Of a DNA stretch of 64,000 nucleotides, positions 38,892 to 48,441 are shown piece after piece (positions within the stretch are counted from its first letter, which is position 1; each line of letters opens with the position of its first letter). Source of the DNA: Alphaproteobacteria bacterium (lineage in GTDB: Bacteria > Pseudomonadota > Alphaproteobacteria > UBA7887). The stretch lies in assembly GCA_965216755.1 (NCBI GenBank), contig CBDCGL010000011.1:2176001-2240000 (forward strand), read 5' to 3'. The translations under genes and the position numbers were made by a program. The notes beneath the pieces are model-generated. The model was not told the DNA's origin, ran no database searches, and was given only the letters and a program-made list of their open reading frames with translations.

Positions 38892-40157
38892 TTATTCAGG
38901 CTCGTTGGCTTTTTCGATAGCAGCGTTGAGCAGGACCTGACATCCGGTCGCAATATCGATCTCGGTGGCGCTCTCCAGCTCATTGTGGCTAAGGCCATCC
39001 TTGCAAGGAATGAAGACCATCGCGGTCGGACATATGTCGGCCATGTATTTGGCGTCGTGACCGGCGCCGCTGGTAATCGGCATACTCGTGGCACCGGCCG
39101 CTTCGGCGCCGTTGCGCACCGCGGCAATGCAGCTGTCGTCGAATTTGGTCGGCGGCGAATACCAAATCTCTTTGATCGTGCCGTTCACATCGGCGCCAGT
39201 GCAGGCGGTTTCGATTGCCGCGCGCAACGCGTCGGCCATGGTCGCCAGAATGTCGGCTTCCGGATGACGGGCATCGACTGTGAACGTGACCGCGCCAGGT
39301 ATCACATTGCGCGAATTGGGCAACACCTGCATCTGACCGACGGTCGTGCGGCCGTCGGGTCCGTGGCGTAATGCGACATCATTGATCGCCTGCACCGCGC
39401 GGGCCGCACCGAGCAAAGCGTCCCGGCGCCCGGTCATCGGCGTTGGGCCGGCGTGGGCGTCTGTGCCTTCGATTGTGCAGTCAAACCAGCGCAAACCTTG
39501 AATGCCTTGAACAACACCAATCGTCTTGTTCTCGGCTTCCAGGATTGGCCCTTGTTCGATATGCGCCTCGAAATACGCATGCAGGTCGCGGCCTCCGCAA
39601 GGCGCCGATCCGGCGTAGCCGATCCGCGCGAGTTCGTCACCGACGCTGGCACCGTCCAAAGCGGTCGTCGCCAAAGTTTCTGCAAATGGCAACGCACCGA
39701 CGTAAACGCCCGAGCCCATCATCGCCGGCGCAAACCGCGAGCCTTCCTCGTTGGTCCAGGAAACGACCTCGATCGGGCGCAACGTTTCGATATTCAAATC
39801 ATTCAACGTGCGCACCAATTCCAAACCGGCCAGCACACCATACACACCGTCGAACTTGCCGCCGGTTGGCTGGCTATCCAGGTGGCTGCCGATCACCACC
39901 GGCGCCAAGCTCTCGTCACGGCCGGACCGGCGCGCGAACATGTTGCCGATCTTGTCGACAGTCATGGTGCAGCCGGCGGCCTCCGTCCAACGGGTGAACA
40001 GATCGCGGCCCGCCTTGTCCTCGTCGCTCATCGCCAGGCGCCGCACGCCGCCTTTGTCGGTGGCGCCGATTTGCGCCATATCCATCAGCGATTGCCACAA
40101 ACGCGCGCCATTGACGGCAGGCAAATTGGGACGGTCAACTGGCATGGTGATGTCCAT
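38892..40157 (-). CDS. M20 Zn-dependent N-carbamoyl-amino-acid amidohydrolase (beta-ureidopropionase-like)
   Basis: GSHLDSQPTGGKFDG, WTNEEGSRF, EAHIEQGP, SGAGHDA, LSHNELE. Confidence 0.9.
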   Translation of the reverse strand: MDITMPVDRPNLPAVNGARLWQSLMDMAQIGATDKGGVRRLAMSDEDKAGRDLFTRWTEAAGCTMTVDKIGNMFARRSGRDESLAPVVIGSHLDSQPTGGKFDGVYGVLAGLELVRTLNDLNIETLRPIEVVSWTNEEGSRFAPAMMGSGVYVGALPFAETLATTALDGASVGDELARIGYAGSAPCGGRDLHAYFEAHIEQGPILEAENKTIGVVQGIQGLRWFDCTIEGTDAHAGPTPMTGRRDALLGAARAVQAINDVALRHGPDGRTTVGQMQVLPNSRNVIPGAVTFTVDARHPEADILATMADALRAAIETACTGADVNGTIKEIWYSPPTKFDDSCIAAVRNGAEAAGATSMPITSGAGHDAKYMADICPTAMVFIPCKDGLSHNELESATEIDIATGCQVLLNAAIEKANEPE

Positions 40158-40220
40158 TCACTTAAATGTGTCGGATCGTGATCACGATTCGGTGGCCCGC
40201 GGCGATCTTGCCACGGCCGC

Positions 40221-40317
40221 GGCAAGCTTGCCAGATGGGACGGCGTGTTGTCCCACGGCCCCAGGAAGGCGCCGTGCCGCGAACAGAATTGATTCAAAAT
40301 TGGCGGACACTGTTCTA
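40221..40317. repeat. Degenerate right-hand remnant of the 273-bp palindromic element
   Basis: 40270-40317 matches the last 48 bp of copy 1 at 43/48; GCTTGCCAGATG upstream resembles the element's GCTTGCCCGATG. Confidence 0.75.
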
Positions 40318-40452
40318 AGCCCAGGCGACGCCGGTCGAGACCACCGAAGCACGCTGTGCTGACGCGCATCGACAGCCTTTGCCGGCCGCTGCCAAGCACC
40401 GTATAAATGCCCTTATTGGCGCTGGGACCGGCGACCAACACGGGAGGACATA

Positions 40453-42177
40453 ATGGCTGGAAATGGCAAAAAGCTTCGCAGTACCGGGTGGTTTGGAAGC
40501 CACGACATGCATGGTTTCGTCCATCGATCGTGGATGAAAAATCAAGGCTTCGGACCCGATAACTTCGATGGCCGACCGGTAATCGGGATTGCCAACAGCA
40601 TGTCCGAAGTAACACCCTGCAATGCCCATTTGGGGCGTGTCGCCGAGGCTGTCAAACGTGGCGTCTGGAAAGCCGGCGGCTTTCCGTTGGTGTTCCCGAC
40701 CATGTCGCTGGGCGAGCCGGTGATGCGTCCGACGACCATGCTATTCCGCAATCTAATGGCGATGGATGTCGAAGAGAGCATCCGTGCCAATCCCTTTGAC
40801 GGTGTTGTCCTGCTCTGTGGTTGCGATAAGACCACGCCGGCCCAAGTTATGGGCGCGGCCAGTGTCGATATTCCCACGATCGTCGTCACTGGTGGACCAA
40901 TGCTCAACGGCAAATTCCAGGGCCGCGATATTGGATCCGGTACCGATGTCTGGCGATTTACCGACGATTTACGCGCCGGCCGCATGACCATGGAAGATTA
41001 TCTCGATGCCGAAGCCTGCCTGTCGCGCAGCCCAGGTCATTGCATGACCATGGGCACGGCCTCGACCATGGCAAGCATGTGCGAAGCGCTCGGCCTTCAA
41101 TTGCCGTCGAGCGCGGCAATCCCAGCCGTTGATTCGCGGCGTGGCGCGATTGCGGAAGCAGCTGGCACGCGCATTGTTGAGATGGTCCACGAAGATCTCA
41201 AAATGTCGGACATTTTGAGCCGCGATGCGTTTGAAAACGCGATCAAGGTCAATGCTGCCATCGGTGGCTCCACCAATGCCATCATCCACTTGCTCGCGAT
41301 CGCCGGCCGCATCGGCGTGCAGCTACGGCTCGACGATTTTGACGACCTGATTCGCGAAGTGCCGTTCCTGGTAAACCTGCAGCCGTCAGGTCAGTACTTG
41401 ATGGAAGATTTCTACTATGCGGGTGGCCTGCCGGTGGTGATGAAGGAACTCGGCGACATGCTTCACCAAAATGCAGTGACGGTGACCGGCAAGGGGGTCG
41501 CGGAGAATGTGGCGCGGGCACAGAACTGGAACGAGGATGTCATTCGACCGCGCGCCCGACCGATCAATGTTGGCGCGGGCACCGCGATCCTTCGGGGCAA
41601 TCTGTGCCCTGACGGCGCCGTGATCAAGCAGTCGGCAGCGACGCCGGACCTCATGCAGCACCGCGGCCGTGCCGTCGTGTTCGAAAACATCGAGGATCTT
41701 CATGCGCGGCTTGATTCACCCGAATTGGATATCGACGAAACGTGCGTCATGGTCCTGAAATATGCCGGACCGCGCGGCTATCCGGGCATGCCCGAGCTTG
41801 GCAATCTGCCTCTGCCCAAACGGGTCCTGGAAAAAGGCGTCGACGATATGGTGCGCATTTCTGACGCGCGCATGAGCGGCACGTGCTATGGCACGGTGGT
41901 GCTCCATGTTACGCCGGAAGCAGCGGTCGGTGGGCCGCTTGCGCTTATCCAAGATGGAGACATGATCGAGCTTGATGTCGCCAACCGGCGCCTGCACTTG
42001 GATGTGGCCGACGAGGAATTGAAACGAAGGCGAGACGCGTGGACGCCACCAAAGGCGCCCACCGACCGGGGCTATGCCAAGCTCTATGTCGATCATGTCC
42101 TGCAGGCCGACGAAGGCGTCGATTTCGACTTTTTGCGCGGCGGCAGTGGCAGCGCAATCCCGCGCCAATCGCACTAG
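40453..42177 (+). CDS. IlvD/Edd family sugar-acid dehydratase (L-arabinonate dehydratase-like)
   Basis: RSWMKNQG, TPCNAH, GCDKTTP, CMTMGTASTM, ISDARMSGT, C-terminal PRQSH. Confidence 0.9.
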   Translation: MAGNGKKLRSTGWFGSHDMHGFVHRSWMKNQGFGPDNFDGRPVIGIANSMSEVTPCNAHLGRVAEAVKRGVWKAGGFPLVFPTMSLGEPVMRPTTMLFRNLMAMDVEESIRANPFDGVVLLCGCDKTTPAQVMGAASVDIPTIVVTGGPMLNGKFQGRDIGSGTDVWRFTDDLRAGRMTMEDYLDAEACLSRSPGHCMTMGTASTMASMCEALGLQLPSSAAIPAVDSRRGAIAEAAGTRIVEMVHEDLKMSDILSRDAFENAIKVNAAIGGSTNAIIHLLAIAGRIGVQLRLDDFDDLIREVPFLVNLQPSGQYLMEDFYYAGGLPVVMKELGDMLHQNAVTVTGKGVAENVARAQNWNEDVIRPRARPINVGAGTAILRGNLCPDGAVIKQSAATPDLMQHRGRAVVFENIEDLHARLDSPELDIDETCVMVLKYAGPRGYPGMPELGNLPLPKRVLEKGVDDMVRISDARMSGTCYGTVVLHVTPEAAVGGPLALIQDGDMIELDVANRRLHLDVADEELKRRRDAWTPPKAPTDRGYAKLYVDHVLQADEGVDFDFLRGGSGSAIPRQSH

Positions 42178-42192
42178 CCCACGTGTCTGATC

Positions 42193-43215
42193 ATGACTGA
42201 CGTTCAGATTCTATACCCAGACAATTTTTCGCCCGATGTCGAGTCCGGCGAAAAATCGATCAACGGCCACAAGGTGACGATCACTGCCTATGGCGCCCGC
42301 AACGCCGACGATATTCCGCACGAGGTGTGGCAAAGCGCCCAGGGTTTGATCACCGGGATCGGCATGGCCATCGACGACAAGGTCTTCGATCGCGCGCCGG
42401 CCTGCCGCATCGTGACCCGCATGGGCGTTGGCGTCGACATCATCGATGTCGATGCGGCGTCGCGGCGTGGCATCGCGGTTTGCAACGTACCCGACTACGG
42501 CACCAATGAAGTGTCGGATCACGCCATCGCCTTGTTGCTCAGCTTTACCCGCGGCATTGTGCGCTATAACGATGCGTTCCGCGACGACCCCGAAGATGGC
42601 TGGCACTATTTGCACAGCCCGACCACGGTACGCATGTGCGGCAAGACGTTTGGTGTGATTGGCTTGGGCCGTATCGGAACGGCATCGGCCATGCGCGCCA
42701 AGGCGTTCGGCATGAACGTGATCTTCTACGATCCCTATGTACCGGACGGTCAGGATTTGGCGCTCGGCATCACGCGTGCCGAAACCCTCGCAGATCTCTT
42801 GGGGTCCGCAGATTTCGTGACAATCCACGCGCCACTTACCCTCGAGACGCGCAATCTGATCAATCACGACGCGGTAGCCGCCATGAAGCCCGGGCTAATT
42901 TTGATCAACACGGCGCGTGGGCCGATCGTCGATTTGGATGCCGTCCATGACGGGCTGGAAGAGGGTCAGCTCGGTGCTGCGGGCCTGGATGTGCTGCCGG
43001 CCGAACCACCGCCGGCCGACAATCGGCTCATACAGGCTTGGCGGCAAAGGGCGCCTTGGTTGGAAGGCCGTTTGGTGATCACGCCGCACGCTGCCTTTTA
43101 CAGCCAAGTGGGCATCACATTTATGCGCGACAAAGCTTTGTCAACATCGGTCGACTATATTGCCACCGGGCGCCTAAGAAACTGTGTCAACCAATCTGCA
43201 TTGGCGACTCGCTGA
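42193..43215 (+). CDS. D-2-hydroxyacid dehydrogenase (CtBP-like)
   Basis: VCNVPDYG, GLGRIG, INTARG, LDVLPAEP, ITPHAAFYS. Confidence 0.9.
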   Translation: MTDVQILYPDNFSPDVESGEKSINGHKVTITAYGARNADDIPHEVWQSAQGLITGIGMAIDDKVFDRAPACRIVTRMGVGVDIIDVDAASRRGIAVCNVPDYGTNEVSDHAIALLLSFTRGIVRYNDAFRDDPEDGWHYLHSPTTVRMCGKTFGVIGLGRIGTASAMRAKAFGMNVIFYDPYVPDGQDLALGITRAETLADLLGSADFVTIHAPLTLETRNLINHDAVAAMKPGLILINTARGPIVDLDAVHDGLEEGQLGAAGLDVLPAEPPPADNRLIQAWRQRAPWLEGRLVITPHAAFYSQVGITFMRDKALSTSVDYIATGRLRNCVNQSALATR

Positions 43216-43775
43216 TCAAACGCGACCCCGGTGCGCGTGCGTTGCTGGCTTGGCCTAACATAAGCGATGACCGCGTCGGGGGCGCCCTCGCGTCGATGAA
43301 TCACGCGAGTCTTTAGCCGTCCACAGATATTGCGACGCCAAGCAAATTGGCGCAGGCGCACGAAAAATCAGGCATTGCCTATCAACTCAAAGCGCAGCAT
43401 GATGCAAGGCGTCTCACCTAAATGACGTAGCCGGAACGGCGTATCGCATTTTGGTTGTATACCCCTGAACTTCGACCCGCAGTGCGCTCGCAAATAGCCA
43501 TGCAACAAAAAGACTTTATTGATACGATGTCGTTTTTAGTATGATATTGCATTCCAACTCGTTGGATTGGACGAGTTGGATCTCGGTGCCGTGCCGACAC
43601 ATGGGTGGTTCTCACATGAACCCGGCGACCATCGCGGTCGTTCGCTTCACGTTGCGCGATCCGAAGCGATAATCGGATCGCAAAAAAAGAAATTGGGTTC
43701 GATACGATCAAGTCGGCCCTTGGTTTGATTGTGCATTCATGATTTGCAGCACATGTTATCGAATAGGGTAATTTC

Positions 43776-44210
43776 ATGACGCGCGACACTGTGCCGCCAA
43801 GTGCGGAACGACCATCGACCCTGAAGATTTTGGTGGCGGAAGATAACAAAGTGAACCGGTTGATTTTGCAGACAATGCTCGAAAAGGTCGGGCATGATGT
43901 GATTGTCGCCTGTGATGGCCGAGAAGCGGTCGAAGCGGCCTCCAGCCAAAGCTTCGACGTTATTTTAATGGATGTGCAGATGCCCGAGGTAGATGGTCTC
44001 AGTGCCACACGGACGATACGGTCGATGGCAGGAGAGATCCGCAACGTGCCGATCATCGCCGTAACTGCCAACACCACACCCGAGGACCGCGACGCCTGCT
44101 TTGCCGCCGGCATGGATGAATTCGTCACCAAACCGATTAAATCGGGCGGGTTGTTGGCCGCCATTTACGATGTAATGACGCGCAAAAAGGCCACCGACCG
44201 CGAAATCTAG
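43776..44210 (+). CDS. Single-domain response regulator (receiver)
   Basis: ILVAEDNKVN, LMDVQMPEVDG, IIAVTAN, GMDEFVTKPI. Confidence 0.9.
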   Translation: MTRDTVPPSAERPSTLKILVAEDNKVNRLILQTMLEKVGHDVIVACDGREAVEAASSQSFDVILMDVQMPEVDGLSATRTIRSMAGEIRNVPIIAVTANTTPEDRDACFAAGMDEFVTKPIKSGGLLAAIYDVMTRKKATDREI

Positions 44211-44315
44211 CTCACAGGTCCTGAGGCACAATTCGGCCTGCAACCATTGCCACTTTCGCTGTAGCATACGGGGTCGATTGACCGATCTCGCCAACCTCGG
44301 GGAAAGTGCCTTCGG

Positions 44316-46067
44316 ATGGACCAAAAGTTACCGTCGCGCATCGTATTGATGATCTTGTGTGTTGTCGCTGTCTCGCTCAGCTGGCCCGCCGGCACATGTA
44401 GGGCCCAGGCCCCGTCGCAAACGCCGCCCGCCGAGTTTCAAGTTCAGGAAGCCGACGCCGTTGGCGAGGAAATTCCCGATGTCGCCGAACCAAGCGTTGA
44501 AACTGTCACGGCGTCGTTGGAAACGCTAGCAAGTCTGCTCGACACCGTGGCGGCGAAACGCGCCGACATCGAAGAGGTGAAAAGAGAGATTCAAAACGCG
44601 ACGACGGAAGTCGAAGAAACCGAGCGATTGGAGGTTCTACGCGGCCTCCAAACGGAAGTTCTGAAGATCGAATCACAGATCCAGGCACTGGCCACCGGCA
44701 CTGCCGACACAGAGTTTGATTTGGCCTCGGGCGAAGATATCGATCTCAAGACCGAGATCGAGCAGCTTTTTCAACCATTCGTTCTTATGCTGAAGTCGGC
44801 GACGGATGATGCGCGGCAGATCGAACGTTTGCGTCGCCTTAAGCTCACGGCGCAGCGGCACCGCACCATGGCCAACCGCGCGCTCGAAAATATTGAACCC
44901 CTATTGGCCAACAATCAAGACGCGATCGTCGGCGATAAACTGGTTGAAATCAAAGCTTTGTGGCAAGAGCGATTGGCCGCGGCCAGTGATAGGTCGATTT
45001 CCGTCGACCGCCAGCTTAGCGCCAAGTTGGCCAGTCGCGAGTCAGCCACCGACAGCGCCCGGCGCGCGTTTACCGGCTTCTTCCGCGACCGGGGCATCAA
45101 TCTTCTGCTCGGTGTCGGCGCTTTTTTGGTCGTGGTCGTCGTCATGCGGGTTATCGCGCGTGTCGCCAGCCGATTGTACCGGCGTCGCAATGCGGTGCGC
45201 TCCACATCTGCGCGGGTTGCCAGTTTGTTGTTCACTTTCGCCACGTTCGCGCTCGCAATCGTGGCCATGCTGATCGTGTTCAACACTCTCAATGATTGGC
45301 TGTTGCTGGGCATTACGATGATATTCTTGATCGCCCTCGGCTGGGTGAGCGTCAAGATGATCCCCAGCATGGTTGAACAAATCGCATTGTTGCTGAACCT
45401 GGGTGCGGTGCAAGAAGGTGAACGGGTCATGTTCAACGGCATCCCGTGGAACGTGAAGTCACTCGATTTCTACACCGACCTAGAGAATCCGGCGCTTGCC
45501 GGCGGCACGTTCACGGTGCCGATCCGCGAGCTGATTGGCCTACACTCGCGCCCGACATCGACAAAGGAGCTGTGGTTTCCCTGCGCCGAAGGCGATTGGG
45601 TCAAATTGCAGGACGACAATATCGGACGGGTGATTTTTCAAAGTCCGGAAATGGTGCAGATCGAGGAATTGGGCGGCGCACGCATCACCTATCCCACGGG
45701 CGCGTTCCTGGAGCAAAACCCTAAGAACCTGTCCGGCGATTACCGTGTAGAGGTCGAGTTCGGCATCGATTACCGGCATCAGGCGATCGCCACCACCGAA
45801 ATCATGGCCAAGCTGCAGCAATCGGTCCATGCCGGCCTGTCGAAGATATTGGCGCCGGATGAGCTGCGCGCGGTCGAAGTGGAGTTTCTGCGCGCCGGCA
45901 ACTCGTCGCTCGACTACGAAGTCGAAGCCGATATCGCCGGCAAGGCCGCCCACAGATTTGAACAGGTGGAACGCACCATGGCCGCAATTCTGGTCGACAC
46001 TTGCAACGAGAACGGCTGGGTGATTCCTTTCCCGCAGCTCACCCTGCACCGCGCCGACGCGGCGTAG
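44316..46067 (+). CDS. MscS-like mechanosensitive channel protein with periplasmic coiled-coil
   Basis: Signal peptide, helical region, three TM segments, GAVQEGERV, FGIDY, C-terminal IPFPQLTLH. Confidence 0.7.
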   Translation: MDQKLPSRIVLMILCVVAVSLSWPAGTCRAQAPSQTPPAEFQVQEADAVGEEIPDVAEPSVETVTASLETLASLLDTVAAKRADIEEVKREIQNATTEVEETERLEVLRGLQTEVLKIESQIQALATGTADTEFDLASGEDIDLKTEIEQLFQPFVLMLKSATDDARQIERLRRLKLTAQRHRTMANRALENIEPLLANNQDAIVGDKLVEIKALWQERLAAASDRSISVDRQLSAKLASRESATDSARRAFTGFFRDRGINLLLGVGAFLVVVVVMRVIARVASRLYRRRNAVRSTSARVASLLFTFATFALAIVAMLIVFNTLNDWLLLGITMIFLIALGWVSVKMIPSMVEQIALLLNLGAVQEGERVMFNGIPWNVKSLDFYTDLENPALAGGTFTVPIRELIGLHSRPTSTKELWFPCAEGDWVKLQDDNIGRVIFQSPEMVQIEELGGARITYPTGAFLEQNPKNLSGDYRVEVEFGIDYRHQAIATTEIMAKLQQSVHAGLSKILAPDELRAVEVEFLRAGNSSLDYEVEADIAGKAAHRFEQVERTMAAILVDTCNENGWVIPFPQLTLHRADAA

Positions 46068-46070
46068 GGT

Positions 46071-46343
46071 TAGAGCCCTTTCGGACTGTATGGAGCCGTT
46101 CTGCCGGAGCGACTTTGCGCCAGGATCAAGTCGCTGTCCGCAGGGCGTATTGGGCATACGGCCCAGGATAGCGGCGCAGAGGTTGGTGCAAAAGCGCCCG
46201 GCCCTGCGGGTTTGTGACCGGCGGGCGGCCACTTTGTCGGACGGCTTGCCCGATGCGACAGCATCGCGCTGCGCCGTCCTTCGTGTGGACCACCGCGCCG
46301 GATCGCAATCAGAATCGGCTCCATATAGTCCGAAAGGGCTCTA
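46071..46343. mobile_element. 273-bp palindromic non-autonomous element (RPE/MITE-like), copy 2
   Basis: TAGAGCCCTTTCGGACT...AGTCCGAAAGGGCTCTA; same length as copy 1; right end supplies the TAG stop of the minus-strand gene. Confidence 0.85.
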
Positions 46344-47459
46344 GTCCCGTTCCGCCAGGATGTCGGTGGTGGCGTGCCAGAGCGTGAATTTGTCGGACAA
46401 GGAAAAGTCTGGGTCGACATGGCCCAGGCCATCGAGCAAATAGAGACGCGAACGGCCGCGCGGCAGTTGCGCGTGTAGGCGTGCACTTTCGGTCGAAGGA
46501 ATCACCGGATCTGCGCGACCGTGGATCAAATAGAGCGTCGCGGCGAGCCGCGACATATCGGCCGATGACGGATCGAGCGACCGCATTTCTGCGCGCAGGC
46601 GCGGATTGAGCGCGGCCATCAGTTCGGGCACGCGCTCCGGGTCGGCATTGGTCAACAAAGCGAGCACCGCCTGACCCTCGGCCCGCATGCCGCGTGTCAA
46701 GTCGGCGATCGGCGCCGCCAAGTCGTCAAGTTTCCGTGCGGCGATTTGGGCCAAGCGGGCCTGATCATCAGGATCCGCAACTTGATCGGCATTGCTGTGC
46801 AGAAACACCCATTTGCCATACGGATTGGGCGGCGCATGGCGCCAGCGGTGCTGGGCCGCGCGACGATAGAACCCGGTCGTGACGAACGTGACCAATTGGC
46901 TGATATCGTAATAGCCGCCGATCGTGATCAGGAACCGAACATCTTCGGCAATAAGCGAGTCCGCGGTGGCGATCAAGGCGGGGCCGGCCGCGTAGCTAAT
47001 GGCGATCAGGCCAATGCCGCCCGCCGGAGTGTCCGGATTTCGGTCACGCAGCCAGCCAAATGCGGCAACGATCTCTTGCGCATCGGCACCGCGCACCTTG
47101 AGCGCCTTCAATGACGGCAATTCGGGCACCATGACCAAAAATCGCACCCGCGCCAGACTCTTGGCGAAATCGACCAGCCGCGTGTCGTTCTTTCCTTGCG
47201 GGGTGACGCCCGGTACCAGGACCAAGGCGCGGCGGCTACCTTCAGGCGACCGATAGATATCGGCGACACGCGGGGTGTCGCCAAACTGGTAGTGGATGGT
47301 GGACACGACCGGAGCCGGCGTGGTCGCTTTGAGCCGGCTGTGTTCCGCGCCCGCAGCCACGTCGGCCAGCACTGCGGCCGCGTCCCAACCGTTGGGTCCA
47401 CAGCCAGTCGTGGCGCACACCAAGAGCAACAGCAAAATCCGCGGCCGTATCGCGCTCAT
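46341..47459 (-). CDS. Alpha/beta hydrolase-fold protein, probable lipoprotein
   Basis: N-terminal LLLLLVCATTGC, LVPGV, elbow AISYAAG, LIHGRADPVIP, LGHVD. Confidence 0.75.
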   Translation of the reverse strand: MSAIRPRILLLLLVCATTGCGPNGWDAAAVLADVAAGAEHSRLKATTPAPVVSTIHYQFGDTPRVADIYRSPEGSRRALVLVPGVTPQGKNDTRLVDFAKSLARVRFLVMVPELPSLKALKVRGADAQEIVAAFGWLRDRNPDTPAGGIGLIAISYAAGPALIATADSLIAEDVRFLITIGGYYDISQLVTFVTTGFYRRAAQHRWRHAPPNPYGKWVFLHSNADQVADPDDQARLAQIAARKLDDLAAPIADLTRGMRAEGQAVLALLTNADPERVPELMAALNPRLRAEMRSLDPSSADMSRLAATLYLIHGRADPVIPSTESARLHAQLPRGRSRLYLLDGLGHVDPDFSLSDKFTLWHATTDILAERD

Positions 47460-47526
47460 AACGCACTAAGATGGGGATGCCACATCGTTGTGTTAATGGC
47501 GTGTCGCGCGGGAGTGCTTGCTGACC

Positions 47527-48372
47527 ATGATTGACGCCTTGCGCATCGTCGCCGCGATTGCTATCGCTTACGGCTTGATCGTTGCCGCCGCCTGCACGTG
47601 GCAACGTCGGCTGATCTATTTCCCCGACCAAAATCTCCCGGAACCGATTGCCGTCGGTGTTGGCGACATGACACCCGTCACCCTGCATACCGATGACGGG
47701 CTCGATCTGGTCGCCTGGCACCATGCACCGCCCCAGAGTGGCGCCGCCACCATCGTTTATTTTCACGGCAATGCCAGCCACATCGCCAATCGGGCACCCT
47801 ATGCGCGACGTTTCATCGATGAGGGTTTTGGCGTGCTTTTGTTGGAATATCGCGGCTATGGCGGCAATCCAGGAACGCCCGATGAAGTCGGTCTTTATGC
47901 CGATGCCCACGCCGCGATCGACTGGCTGAAGACAAATGGCATAGCGACCGACCACATGATTATCTTCGGCGAATCGCTGGGCGCGGCGGTTGCCGTGGAC
48001 GTTGCCCAGCACTACGATTTCGCTTTGGTCGCGTTGCAGGCGCCGTTTACCTCGCTGCCCGATGTCGGTGCCCGGGCTTATCCCTGGCTGCCGGTGCACT
48101 GGCTCACCCGCGACCAATTCGCCTCCATCGACAAGATCGGCGCCGCACGCGCGCCGGTTCTTGTGATTCACTGCATGGGCGATCGTATCGTGCCATTCGA
48201 TATGGGTGAGGCATTGTTCGCCGCCGCACCGGAACCGAAGGCGAGCCTGTTCGTTGACGCGCCGTATCACACCGCTTTGGATCTACCCCATGTCATGGAC
48301 AGCCTGCTCGAACATCTGCGGGCCGCGAATCTCGGTATTCACACCACGCCGACCGGCCAAGACACACCATGA
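47527..48372 (+). CDS. Alpha/beta hydrolase (Bem46/ABHD13-like)
   Basis: QRRLIYFP, YFHGNA, EYRGYG, GESLG, DRIVP. Confidence 0.88.
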   Translation: MIDALRIVAAIAIAYGLIVAAACTWQRRLIYFPDQNLPEPIAVGVGDMTPVTLHTDDGLDLVAWHHAPPQSGAATIVYFHGNASHIANRAPYARRFIDEGFGVLLLEYRGYGGNPGTPDEVGLYADAHAAIDWLKTNGIATDHMIIFGESLGAAVAVDVAQHYDFALVALQAPFTSLPDVGARAYPWLPVHWLTRDQFASIDKIGAARAPVLVIHCMGDRIVPFDMGEALFAAAPEPKASLFVDAPYHTALDLPHVMDSLLEHLRAANLGIHTTPTGQDTP

Positions 48373-48441
48373 ATTGAACCGGGCCCTGCGGACTCCTATG
48401 GTAACGGTCTGACCTGCGCGGATCGGAAGGAGGCAAGGATC

